Shown here: in pieces, positions 13,312-26,821 of the stretch
How the letters are laid out: the number at the start of each line of letters is the position of its first letter
How positions within the stretch are numbered: position 1 is the stretch's first letter
NCBI RefSeq assembly: GCF_006345805.1
Contig: NC_043009.1
Coordinates: 4,526,001 to 4,590,000, forward strand
From: Octopus sinensis
Taxonomy: Eukaryota
DNA length: 64,000 nucleotides
Direction: 5' to 3'
The notes under the pieces: generated by a model
Told to the model about the DNA's origin: nothing
What the model saw: the letters and a program-made list of their open reading frames with translations, nothing else
Database searches by the model: none
Translations under genes and position numbers: made by a program

Positions 13312-13443
13312 CCTCCTTCTTTCCTTCTTTTCTGAGCGTCCAATAATACTATATTTGTTCCACGTCCTCGCGTTATTGTGTTTTTTTGTGCTTTATTGTT
13401 TGGATTACTTTATATATATATATTATATATATATATTATATAT

Positions 13444-13485
<42 letters not shown>

Positions 13486-13685
13486 GCATAGACATGTCTC
13501 CAATTGCAAGTTTGTATTTCACTTACATATGACTCCCCCCGCCCTGTATTAATGTATATACAACAGGCGACAGCGAATAGTAAACAACACACATTCAAAC
13601 GTAATTACTTACTGAATTTTATCTCTTCTTGTATTATATCTGCTATTCGTTTTTAACGTCTATTATTTTGTCATTTTGTTTACAG

Positions 13686-13766
13686 GTTATTGTCACAATA
13701 CGGAGGATTTTCGAAAACTCTGTAGCACAATTACAGGCGATTCACAGCTTCACTCACTCGTACGAG
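13686..13766 (+). CDS. Candidate 81-nt coding exon (G)YCHNTEDFRKLCSTITGDSQLHSLVR, product unknown
   Basis: Acceptor ttattttgtcattttgtttacag and consensus donor GAG|gtaagt. The phase-1 frame is open and continues the exon at 5334-5448. Confidence 0.6.
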
Positions 13767-14119
13767 GTAAGTGGATTTTGATTTATTTATTGTCTTGAGG
13801 ATCTTATCCATCTAATGCCAGACTTGTTCTATTGAGTCTAATAACATATGAGCCGATGTCGTTAGCAATTATTGCAGAACTAATTTCTGATGATTTGTTC
13901 TTTCCCTCGTCTCCTCTCTCACTCATTTTAGATGCGTATATACTTACATTCATACACATAAATACAACCGCATCCATACAACCAGACACAAACATATGTA
14001 TATGGAGAATAGGTTTAACTTAAATGTTTTGATTTCTCGTACTAGTTGATCAACAATACGAAACACTGCATACACACACGTGCATATGTATGCCTGTGTG
14101 TATGTAATTCATTTGATAC

Positions 14120-14163
14120 CTGACTGTCTGGTGAATGTCAGCTGGCCGAAACGTCGAAGTCAG
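14120..14163 (+). ncRNA. Minimal type-I hammerhead-ribozyme-like motif (degenerate)
   Basis: CTGACTGT-CTGGTGA-A-TGTC(AGCT)GGCC-GAAA-CGTC-GAAGTCAG. Stem I CTGACT/AGTCAG, ACGT palindrome and GUC site are intact; core lesion A6G. Confidence 0.55.
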
Positions 14164-14756
14164 TACCCTCTTTGTAAAAGTATTATAAATATACACACTA
14201 CAAAATTAATCGTGTAATCCATCAGCTGAATGTCAGGCTAGAGTTTTCGTGAATATTGACTGAGTTAACCGCCTGGTTTTCACGAATTCCCGTTTTATGT
14301 AAAGTTTAAGACAATTCAAATGAAGAATGAATAAACTATATTTGAATGTAATTCTACAAAGATTCGAAAACATACAGATCCAAAACATATTTATGCATTA
14401 TCAAAGATTGACGAATATAAAGTACCTGCCACATACTGCTTTCTAGTTAGTGAGTTGTTTCTCACACACAGATGTAAGATTTTGGGCCACGTCGGCAGGG
14501 ATCAACTTCGCATCCTTTCCAGATTCAAGTACTGGTATTGATCTGATCGAATAACACTCCCGTGTTATTTTTCCTGTTTCTTTACTTAATTTTTGAGAGC
14601 GGTCGGGTTCATTTCTAGCATTCTTGTTTGTGAGAGCAGTCGAGGTTATTTCAGATATTCCCATTTTAAAATACATCTCTGGCTAATCTTTGAGTGGACT
14701 TTGGTGTTGCCTTAGCAGAGGTTTGCGCTCTCTCAGTGCTCTTACTATTATTATGA

Positions 14757-14890
<134 letters not shown>

Positions 14891-14949
14891 TACACATATT
14901 ATTGTTGTTGTTATTATTATTAAGTTGTTAAACTAGCAGGATCCTTAAT

Positions 14950-15517
14950 ATGTTGGACAAAAAGCTTAGCGGCATTTCTTCTTGCTTTACGTTCTAAGTT
15001 CAAATGCTGCTCATATCGATTTATAAATGCCAGTCAAGTAACTGGGGTTAATGTAATCGTCTGACCTACCCACTCAAAAAACTACTGGTTTTCTGTTTAT
15101 AGTAGAAATGATTAAGTTGCAAGCTGGCTCACTCGTTAGAAAGTCAGACAGAAGGTTTAGCAGTATTTCCTCCGGGTTTACTTTCTAAATTCATGTTCCG
15201 CTGAGGTCAGCTTTGCCTTTCATCCTCTAGGGATTGATTAAAAAAAAATACTTACCAGTCAGTAACTTGGTTTCATGTAATCAACTTTCTCCCTCCGTTA
15301 AAATTTCAGGGTTTTTGCCTGGAGTAGAATGAATTATTATCATAATTATTAATGAAGACGGCGAGCCGCTTCGTTCTGAGTTCAAATTCCGCCCAGGTTC
15401 ACTTTGCCTAACATAATTTCGGAGTCGATAACATGAGTACCAGTTGAGTACTGGAGTCGATGTAATCGGCTCGTACCCTCCTCCAAAGTTTCAGGACTTG
15501 TGCCAATAGCAGAAAGG
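14950..15517 (+). mobile_element. Three stacked, decayed family C SINEs (about 14950-15110, 15115-15331, 15354-15517)
   Basis: Each retains parts of gcttagc(g/a)g..tttc, ttc(t/a)aa.ttca, ctttgcct and accagt...gatgtaatc, ending in agtagaa.g-att tails. Confidence 0.75.
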
Positions 15518-15839
15518 CTTTAAAAAAAACAAATAGCGCCCTTTTCAAGCCTAGCCAGGCTCATGGGCCCGGTTTCTTGGTTTCTGTGGCGTATGTGTCC
15601 CCCGCAGCTGGGCGAGACGCCAGTCAATCGCAGTGTTACTCAAGAAACAGGAAGAGAGAGTGAGAGAAAGTTGGGGCGAAAGAGTACAACATGGGTCGCC
15701 GCCGCCCCCTGCCGGAGCCTCGTGGAGCTTTTAGGTGTTTTCGTTCAATAAACACATACAACGTCCGGTCTGGGAATCGAAGCCGCGATCCTCCGACCGC
15801 GAGTGCGCTGCACTAAACACTGGGCCATTGCGCCTCCAC
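15518..15839 (-). mobile_element. tRNA-derived SINE family R nested in the tail of a C SINE
   Basis: Minus-strand head tggaggcgcaatggcccagtg...gcttcgattccc (A and B boxes). TSD agcagaaagg (15508-15517) / agtagaaagg (15840-15849). Paralog at 36005. Confidence 0.88.
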
Positions 15840-16408
15840 AGTAGAAAGGATTATTATTATTTAAATTAAAAATTAATTTTCAAAAGTAAGCAACGTTGAT
15901 GATATTTAGATTATGCGATTCTTCAAATAAAGCAAAGTGATGTCTTTTACTGCAATGTAAGATGCATTATGGAATGTAGCAGCAAATGTTGTTCCAAATT
16001 TCCTTCGTCTATTTATCAATGTTTGGCATTAGAGCACCAATTTTCGACAAGTACCACTTCAAAAATATTGCGATACTTTCAGGAGATTTTATGTTGTTCG
16101 TTGCTAATTACAAATCTTCTCAGTTTCGTCTGCAAACTAATTTGGCAAGTTCTGTGGAATTCTCTAGCCTATTAGCTATTGTTACTCCTTTGTTTTGGAT
16201 TTTGGAGGAGTGTTTTTCATTTATTTTTGAAAGCATCTTCGTATTAAATTATATTTCTTGTGCTTTTTCTTTTGTATGTAATTGTTTTATATTGTGAAAC
16301 AAATACCATTTTACAAACACTTCTAGGTACATGTGCGTGTGTGTGTGTGTGCGTGTTTATATATATTTACACAGTCACATATATTCACACACACATACAT
16401 ATATATGT

Positions 16409-16451
<43 letters not shown>

Positions 16452-17277
16452 CACGGTGAGCCAGCTTGTATGACAGATAAGATAACCATTAATATATACG
16501 TACATGTACATTATGAACAAAGTAACCTAATGTAAATAACAAATCTTTTGGTGCGTGACTTTTGGACCACAGTGTAGTTTGTGTGTGTATGTGTATTTGT
16601 GTGTGTGTGTGTGAAACAGAAAAAGAGTTGTTAACATTTATGCATATTTATATAACTATGAATTTAAAAATATCAGTATTTATATAACTATGAATTTAAA
16701 AATATCAGTATATGAGGGCATATGTGAGGGCATTAAAATTAGTACTGTTACTTTGAAACCGGTGTCCACCAAAGTATGACAAACATACAAATGAACGTCC
16801 AAAGACCAAAGAATATATGTAACCATAAACAACCTATCTCACTTCGATTGGTCGTTTACAAATATGCAAAATATTAACGGCGACAGAAACAGGCAGAGCA
16901 GATTTGATTGACAATGCAGGTATCGTTAAGCGGAAAGCAGAGGGCAAAAAATACTCAGACAAAACACGTATGCACAATTATAACTACACACACACAGATA
17001 TAATATAAACGAGTAAAATCATTGCAGATGTTGAACAAATACGACAGGTATGTTGTTTCATTAAAATCAAATATGTCTGACACTTTAAATAGAAATACCT
17101 ATGGTTAGACTGACATTAACTTTCTTAGTATATTTTGTTTATTTATTAATGTATGTATTTAAAAGAAAAAAAATGTTTACAATTGTAAAACAGGATATTA
17201 AGATTGTTCACTATACCCACTCTCGAGAGAAAGATAGATAGAGAGACGGACGGACAGATAGACAGACAAACAGACAA

Positions 17278-17366
<89 letters not shown>

Positions 17367-18271
17367 CAGACAGATTGACAGACAAATAGATAGATTAATA
17401 ACGTAAGAATATCCTTCTCGTTATACATATATATATATAATATTTTTTTGTATATATATATATATATATATATACATACATACATACATATGTAACTATA
17501 TAGATGGATAGACAGAGATTGATATAGATATGTGGGTATATATATGTGTATGTGCGTGTGTGTGTGTGTGTGTGTGAATGTGTGTGTGCGTGTGTTAATA
17601 TTTTCTGTATATATACATATATATATATGTATAGTTCGTATATATATATATATATTCACGCAAAATATTTTCGTTCCTAGTAAACCATATTTTAGCCAAC
17701 ACAAATACAGACCATCGTTCTGATAAAATCATGCATGTTCTATTAAACAGAATGATAACCGTATACTAATATACAAATATATTAATCTACTACATATATA
17801 CATTATCACGCACGCGCCATCACACGCACATATATTCGTATAGATATGTATGTCATATGATACAAGGAATTATAGAGACCGACTGTTATATACATTCCAG
17901 CACACACACATGGGGTCTTACATACACAAGCCAAATACAAACACATATAAGTACTCAAGCATTGTTATATATATGCATGCAAATATACTTATGCACAAAT
18001 ACTTATACACAGACAAATAATCAAGCAGGATTTTAGAAGCCCAGAACTAACATTCCTAATCAGGAGATTATCAAAAGCAATGTCAAAATATATAATGCAT
18101 TCATGAAGTTTAGCTAGTAATAAGTGCGTTTACACACGGATAATCAAACCAACATATTTTTGTGTACATATACTTAAGTCAAACAATACAGTTCCCTGTA
18201 TGCAATGACAGTTATGCTTGCTAGCATGTGTCCATGTGCACATACTAAAGTATATGCATGCATACTTAAAT

Positions 18272-18308
<37 letters not shown>

Positions 18309-19086
18309 GGCATATAAATATACACGAATTTATATGTACGTGTATGCCTCGGTATGTACATACCTACATATATACATACAAAACTATCCTGTTGATGTTG
18401 AAGATATCCCAATAAAAGTGTCTTTATTATAGAAGAGAACCTATCTAGTTCTGTATTAGTGAAAAATGAGAAAATCTACACCAAGGAAGCATACAGGTAG
18501 AAGTGTCTAGGTAGTCATTTGACCTGCTCGAATTAACATTCACATCTCTATTAAATCACGCATTGGTGCCTTATAAAAATAAGGGATACATTGAATGATG
18601 TGGTGCTATGCCTGAAGAAAATTGTAGAACCGTAACGACATAGAAATATTTCAATCACTTTCTTGTTCAATCGTGAAGGATTAGTGGTTAATTAAAGAAT
18701 ACATCAACGACAATGATGCATGCATATATTATTAAAACAATATCCTTGAAACGACAGCAAAGACTGTACTCGCTAAAACTGCATATCCCCTACTCAGAAC
18801 AAATTTTTAAATACGTAAGAAATGCTGGACATGTTGTTCGTAGATATACAAGCAGGCACTGTTAAAATACTTGTGTGTGTGCGTGTGTGTGTGTGTGTGT
18901 GAGTGTGTGTGTGTGTGCGTGTGTGTGTGTGTGTATTTTATCTATCCATATTTGAGAAGCAATTTCATCATCTTTTGCATCAACATATATTATTTCATTA
19001 TAACCTCTCTATTTCTCTCTGTTGCACTCTCTTTGCTTCTCTCTTCATTTCTTCATAATCCTTCCTTTCCATACACACACACACAC

Positions 19087-19121
<35 letters not shown>

Positions 19122-19550
19122 TCCTGGCTCTTATCCGGGCTCTCCCGCCCTGGATTCATATCAGTATATTATTTCTACTTCCTAAGATTTTACATGTACC
19201 AGCTTCTCCATTTCTTCACTGTCTATCAAAATATCTCCTCATTCCTACATATTTATCCTCACTTTACCACGCAAAATACTCTCCCCCCTCTCTTTCTCTC
19301 TCACTCTCTCTCTCCACCTCTTTCTCTCACCGCAACCCCCTCTCTCTCTCTCTCTCTCTTTCTGTATATCTCCTTTCCTCTCAACAAACATCCACATTTA
19401 TAAAACATCTACTGAAGCATGCTCTGCTACTTATATGCATGTTTGTTAAATATCAACCTCATATTTCCTGCGATAAACTTAAGTAACTCATATTTCTACT
19501 TAAAAGATACACACATACTATATAATTATATAAATGTGTTTGTGTGCATG

Positions 19551-19588
<38 letters not shown>

Positions 19589-19771
19589 ATATTCATTCCA
19601 TCGGCGGAACGCCAGACACAACAATGTATAATGACTGTTAGAAGTTGGCCTTGCATATGGCGCCGAAACATTTCAGCAGACTTAATTCCACATCTACAAA
19701 ACGTTCTCTTTCTATATTTTTCTTTCCTTTTTCCCCCCTTATCTTTCTCGGTCTCCCTTTGCATGTCTCTC

Positions 19772-19835
<64 letters not shown>

Positions 19836-20107
19836 ATATAATGCATGTATGTATGTCTATGAGATTAGTGGTAACGCGACAATGCGATATTATTTGGCCT
19901 TGTTTTTGTAATTAAAAGAATGACATCTATTTTACTGCGTGAGGAAAACTGAATATCATTTGTTTTAACAATAAAAGAATGTCTCCATTGTTGTGGCTTC
20001 TATTATTCAAATTTCAAACGTACAATGCTTTGTATATTTTCCAGAAACAACTATTCACACACACACACACAAACACACACACAAACACACACGTGTGTGT
20101 GTTCTGT

Positions 20108-20500
20108 CTCTTTTATTTGTTTCACTCATTTGACTGCGGCAATGCTGGAGCACCGCCTTTAGTCGAGAAAATCAACCCCAGGACTTATTCTTTGTAAGCC
20201 TAGTACTTATTATATCGGTATTTTTGCCGAATCGCTAAGTTACGGGGACGTAAACACAACAGCATCGGTTATCAAGCGATGTTGGGTGGAAAAACACAGA
20301 CACACAAACACATATATATATACATATACATATATACGACGGGCTTTTTTCAGCTTCCGTCTACCAAATTCACCCACAAGGCTTTGGTCGGCCAAAGGCT
20401 TATAGTAGAAGACACTTGCCCAAGGTGCCACGCAGTGGGACTGAACCCGAAACCATGTGGTTGTTAAGCAAGCTAGTTACCACACAGCCACTCCTGCGCC
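20108..20500 (-). mobile_element. SINE family M, full length
   Basis: Reverse complement of ggcgcaggagtggctgtgtgg... through ...gcggtgctccagcattgccgcagtcaaatgagtgaaac, with internal microsatellite. Confidence 0.9.
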
Positions 20501-20510
20501 TATCTATTAT

Positions 20511-20741
20511 TTATTTCTTTAATGCCCACAGGGGGTTAAATATAGAGGGGACAAACAAGGACAAACAAAAGGATTAAATCGATTACATCGACGCCAGTAC
20601 GTAAGTGGTGCTTATTTAATCGACCTTGAAAGGATGAAAGGCAAAGTCGACCTCGACAGAATTTGAACTCAGAACGTAACGACAGACGAAATACCGCTAA
20701 GCATTTCCTCCAGCGTGCTAACGATTCTGCCAGCTCGCCGC
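20511..20741 (-). mobile_element. SINE family C, subfamily with gacaaacaaggac tail
   Basis: Matches copies at 50874-51107 and 58017-58248; abuts the 5' end of the M SINE. Confidence 0.88.
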
Positions 20742-20811
20742 TCTTGTTCTATTTATTATTCGTCTTGTGAATCGTTGACGAGTTTTTATCCTAGACTTTC
20801 CTCTATCTCCT

Positions 20812-20846
20812 GTTTCTGAAGAAGAGCTTTGCTCGAAAGGTAAAAC
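20812..20846 (+). ncRNA. Minimal type-I hammerhead-ribozyme-like motif
   Basis: GTTT-CTGAAGA-A-GAGC(TTT)GCTC-GAAA-GGTA-AAAC. Core, stem I and stem II intact; ACGT changed to AGGT. Same family as 13277. Confidence 0.6.
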
Positions 20847-22044
20847 CACTTTTCTTCCCCTCCCTGACGTCTGCTAATACACCTGTTTGTTGTTTATACA
20901 CCTCTCTTCGTCTTTTTGTTTTTCTGTAAATTTAAACTCTGTATACATGCACGTATATCACTTTTGTTTGCATATACATACACATACATACATACATACA
21001 ATACACAAACACACATATATATATATATATGTACATATATATATATGTATCTCAGTGTCTGTAATTGTGCGTGTGTGTGTTTTTGTGTGTATGTGTGTGT
21101 TTGTGTGCGTGCGTGTTGGATCGATAGACGCGTTGTATTTGGGTTAGCAATTGTGTTTTGTGAGTTTGTATACTGCGCAGATCGAAGTGGCGATTCGCAT
21201 TCCTGACGAAATCTACAAAAAAAAAAACGCAACCATTCTAAGTAAAAGGATCCGCAAAAGAACACTTCTACAATCTCGCTGCTTTCACGCCAGCATGAAC
21301 TCATTCTGAATACTGAAACTCCTAAAAATTAAATATGATTCCAACTAAAATTATAAAACCGAAAAGCCAGATTTAATAGCAATTTTTATGTGTTGTCTCT
21401 TGACTGAATCACGACGAACATGTTTGGTAATATTTAATTATTAAAATAACAGGACTGCATGCTACTAAGTGATTTTTGTAGTCTTTACAATAAGAATACA
21501 AGGTATATGATCAACTAAGAAAAAACATAAGTTGGTTAGTTGCAAACATTTAAAGATACTGAAGTCTGTGCAATATCTGCTACGCTTCACAATCTGGGAA
21601 TTGTACGAAATAAACACACACAAAATCTCTCATACAATGGGCATTAAGATTGTTGTCCATCACCATTAATATTGTAAGAAAAAAATTTGTAGCCAATACA
21701 GTTCTTAGTTTTATTGACAGGAATAATATAAATCAATGTTAAGGAAGTCTGGCAATTATGATTGTGTGTGTGTGTGTATATACACGTACATACTCACACG
21801 CTTACGTACACTCAGGTAAAAAACATTCGGGCGTAATTACAGCGATACATATAAGCATAGGCACTATACATATGCATCCAACACGCACAAAAACGTACGT
21901 GTACATACACACACATAAAAAAAAGGTTGCAAAATTATACAGCAAAAATAATCTCATTTATTCATTGGAAATCGGTGATTTATTTCAGTTTATTTCAGTG
22001 CATTCGATAAAAGAGCACGTGTGTCTGTGTAGTGATAGATAGAA

Positions 22045-22076
<32 letters not shown>

Positions 22077-22094
22077 TGACAGATAGATGGACAG

Positions 22095-22167
<73 letters not shown>

Positions 22168-22410
22168 TCATAACGTAAGTGTTGTAAATCATTTTCAAAT
22201 ATATTTTACATAGGGTAAACAGTATCTGATGCAGAACTCAATACTGCAGGCAGAGGGTATAGAGCTTTCTCTATGGAATTGCGTCCTAAGCTGGTGTCCT
22301 TAAGGCTATCTTCAGAAGTTCAATGCAGGGCGAATCTCAGAGTGGCACACACACCTGTATATATGTGCGCGCTCATTTGTATCTACACAGACAGACACAC
22401 ACACTCACAC

Positions 22411-22479
22411 CGAGCCTGGTCCGGGATTCGAAAGCACAACCTCATAATCGTAGCTCGACGCTCTAACCCCTGAGCCTGC
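22411..22479 (-). mobile_element. Decayed tRNA-like (Pol III) SINE head
   Basis: Minus strand gcaggctcaggggttagagcgtcgagc...tttcgaatcccggaccagg has A- and B-box-like motifs at tRNA spacing; no acceptor stem or T-terminator. Confidence 0.5.
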
Positions 22480-24092
22480 TAAAATATATATGGTATAGTA
22501 TAGTATAGTATAGTGTAGTATAGTATAGTACTGTACAATATAGTGTAGTGTTTGGTAGAATGTTAGACAAATCGTAGCATCATGAAATGTTTCTAATATT
22601 TGCCGTATTTTTCGATGTTATAAAGTTACAAATTGAACTTTCGTTTTCACGTGGAGTGGAAAGTAAAACAAACTGCATTTCCATTAGACGCATTCTAGAA
22701 CCTAGTTGAGTTCAATTAAAAAAGCCATTAATTTGAACAAATTAGCGGGAAAAAAATAATCGAAAATTTTAGCAAACAGTTTGAACGTAATAAATTATAT
22801 TTCTAAAATTATCAAAATGCTCCAACGAAAATTATTTGATAAAAAAATATATTAAAATCAATGAATAAAATAAAATTTATATATATATATATATATATAA
22901 TATATATGTATATATATGTATAATATAGCGGGGAGGGGGAGTATTTAATGAGGTGTACGAGAGAATGGTAATGACATTTCGCCATCTTCTGTTGGTGAAC
23001 CCTTCGTAAACTGTGTCAGGAAATTGTGTCAGCTGATAATGTGTTGACAGTGATATCTACACACCATTAACATACTTATATAAACACTAACAACAACACA
23101 ACAACAACAACAACAACATTGCTTCCACGTCTTTCTCGTTTACTACTACTGCAGCTGCTGCTGCTGCTACTACTACTACAACTACTACTACTATTACAAA
23201 AACAACAACAAAAAAGGGCAATCGTCACTGAAAATGAGTACAATTTCATTATCATCGCCATCGCCTTTGGCAGCAACAGTTGCAACGGAAGCCGTGGCAG
23301 CAGCAGTAGAGGCAAAAGGAAGAGGAAGGAACTGCACTGGCGATGGTTGATGCTGCAGCTCCGACGACAATATCAACAATTTCAACAACTATAATAACAA
23401 CAACAACAACAAAAAGAACAAGACAACAACATCAACGTCATCGTTCTCGTGACCGTTATCACCGGTTTCATCTTCAACGTTACGGCCGCTATTTTATCGT
23501 TGCCATCGTCGCCATGGCTGTCGTCGTCGTCGTCGTCTTTATTCTCACCAAATCTATCACAGCAACAGCACGTCGCAATTCGCATCATCTCCATTACCAT
23601 TACCATCATCATCATCATCGTCAACATCGTCGCTATCGCTCTCGTCATCGACATCAAACGTCATCATCAAAGTTATCCTCATCGCTATCAATGCCATCAA
23701 ATATTGTCAATGATATGCCATCAGCAGAGCAACAACTGAGCTCTACCATGGATGCTATCAGCCTCATACGCATGTCTTGCTTTTGATTTGGGTTTTGTTG
23801 CATAAAGGATCAAAGCGAGATGATCGCAAGTGGCGTTATGTTGATGAACGGCGGCTTACTCCAGTTTTTCTCTTTTCTCAAATGGATTTGCTTCAAGTCC
23901 CAATTAGATTTTCCAATGAAAAGAAAGGAACATGCACTTCAAAGTGAACGATGCGTGACCGATTGCCGCAACCCGCACTGTACGCTATAAAAAGCCTGTC
24001 CGATTTCTGCAGTATCCGACCATGAAACTTGAAGTAGCTCACTTGTAACTCCTGTATTGATTGAAATACACACAAACATACACACACACACA

Positions 24093-24155
<63 letters not shown>

Positions 24156-24559
24156 CACTCACACACACAAACACATGTACACACACACAGGCATTTGTAA
24201 TATACGCCCCATTCAGAAATAGCCCACGCCGCATTAAAAATATTTAGATGTTCCACACGCAGAGCGTTCACCCCACCTTCAAGAAACACTGGTTATACTC
24301 GATAGGGGTTGACAAAGATCTGAACAACAACAACAACAAAAATTACAATGAATCACAACGCAAGCAAATACGATAACAAGAACAACGCCAAATAGTTTGA
24401 GATGAAATTCTTACACATCGCGTAATATAGCGTAATATAATTTAACGTAAAGAGGGCAAAGAAATGCATAATCAAATACGCAAACATTATGAGAAAGGAA
24501 GGCCTATGTCAAAATGACTGACTAGCTGGAGCATAGTGGAGGGGAAAGTTAAGTAGCAA

Positions 24560-24930
24560 GAAGCTTTAGACATTGGTTAGAACTAATACTTTTGTGCTGT
24601 TACGTTTTACTGATTTTCTATTTTGTTTTGGATTTGGTGAAGTTTGACTGATCTCTATTACAGATAGTGGTATGAGTTCTTGGGTGAGTATGTTTCCTAG
24701 GTGGTGAGAATATGAGTGAGGGACTTTGTGAGTGTGAGGGAGGATTTGGTATGTCTCTGTTTTAAGGATGTTGTTTTGTGTTTGTTTTTTAGGTTGTTGG
24801 TTGTTAAATTTACTGGGATGTGAAAGTGATTGCGTTTGTCTTTTATTTGTTGTGTTCTCGTGATGTGATCTAGTGTCTGTCACACGATATATTTGCAAAC
24901 TGTATCAGTACATATACTTACATTTGCAAG
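24560..24930 (-). pseudogene. Decayed retroelement ORF fragment, possibly Penelope-like GIY-YIG C-terminus
   Basis: Frameshifted minus-strand peptides ICTDTVCKYIV*QT and TRSHHEN...NNILKTETYQI resemble the C..C..YIGQT..R..EH...LE...I pattern (by eye only). Confidence 0.4.
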
Positions 24931-25374
24931 AACTACACACACACACACACACACACACAAAGACGCGCGCGCACATACATATGCGTATGTATGTGTGGGT
25001 ATACACATGCGAACATTTAAGCATACGACAGGAAAATGAAACAGGTTCGTGTTGACAGGTTCAAGTGCAGAGAGCAAGACGTGTGTGCACAAGCACACAC
25101 GTCTTGCTCTCTGCACTTGTGTGTGTGTGTGTGTATGTCTGTGCCTGTTTGTCTGTGTTTAGAGATAGAGAGATAGAGAGAGATACATACAAACATGTAT
25201 ACATATACATGCATACATATACATAAATTCACAAACACACATATATATATACACACGCAAACACACACACACATATATATATACGCATACACACACATAC
25301 ACACACATATACATATATATATATATATATATACATACACACACACACACACAAACATATATATATAAATACAT

Positions 25375-25407
<33 letters not shown>

Positions 25408-25897
25408 CACACGCGCGCGCATACACAGAAAGACAGATGAGGGAGAGACATACAAGTGTTTGCCCCTGCATAGTCACGGCCTGTGGCCGAAGACGAAGCT
25501 GATGATAGAATAGTGTGTGTGTGTGTGTGTGTGTACATACAGTGAATGAAAAATGTATCCATTATCTTCCTGTAGCGTTTGTATGCCTAAGAGTAGTCAA
25601 TGTATTAAGATTGTTAACAGCTATTAGTTGTTATTTATATAACAGAACCTACATAAGTATTTAGACTGTTCCTTATCTCATTGACACGTCAAGGGACATT
25701 TTTCAAACATGGTTGACAACTCACATTATTTTGGCTTGTATTATACTGTGCGTATTTGTATATATTTGCCTGTGTTTATGTGTATATGTGTGAGCGTGTG
25801 TGCGTGTGTGCCTGTATTCACTGGTGAAATATTCTATTTGTATACGGTTTCATCTGTGCATATGTTTGTGTATAACAATGACAACGCCTTATATATA

Positions 25898-25956
<59 letters not shown>

Positions 25957-25988
25957 TAAATATATAGATATATATATATTGTTTCAGT

Positions 25989-26399
25989 TGTTTCAGTCAT
26001 TTGACTGCAGCCATGCTGGAGCACCGCCTTTAGTCGAGCAAATCGACCCCAGGACTTATTCTTTGTAAGCCTAGTACTTATTCTATCGGTCTGTTTTGCC
26101 GAACCGCTAAGTTACGGGGACGTAAGCACTCAGCATCGCTTGTCAAGCGATGTTGGGGGGGGGGGCGACAAACACACACACACTTAGACACTCACACACA
26201 CACACAAACACACACACACACACACATATATATATACGACGGGCTTCTTTCAGTTTCCGTCTACCAAATCCACTTACTAGGTATTGGTCGGCCTGAGCTT
26301 CTAGTAGAAGGCACTTACCCAATGTGTCACGCTGTGGAACTGAGCCCTGAACTATGTAGTTGGTAAGCAAGCTATTTACCACACAGCTACTCCTGCGCC
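25989..26399 (-). mobile_element. SINE family M, full length
   Basis: Same two-part structure as the copy at 20108, with internal (CA)n. Confidence 0.9.
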
Positions 26400-26821
26400 T
26401 AGAGAGAGAGAGAGAGAGAGAGAGAGATAAACAGACACACTAATACATTTATTCCTATACATATGTAATTTTCTCTGTGTGTTTCTGTGTATATGAGAAA
26501 GAGAGAGAGGGAGTTCGTACATACGTATTTGTATGCATGTATGTGTTGGTAAGTACGTATATTTTTATGTATATATATATATATATATATGTGTTTGTAT
26601 GTATTTAAGTAATAGGTAGATAATTACTGTGTCTTTATCAGCCCCAACTGCAATGGTTTAAGAAATATTACTTGGAAAAATTCTGAAGAAATACCTTTTT
26701 GTGGAAATGAATTCTTGGAAAGCTATAGGCTTCCTAAAATGCTGCTATCTCATTCGTTTGGGGAAACCCTTCATATTTTAACAGAAATTGTTTTCAGTTT
26801 CAATCCTTCTCTTGTTTGCAG

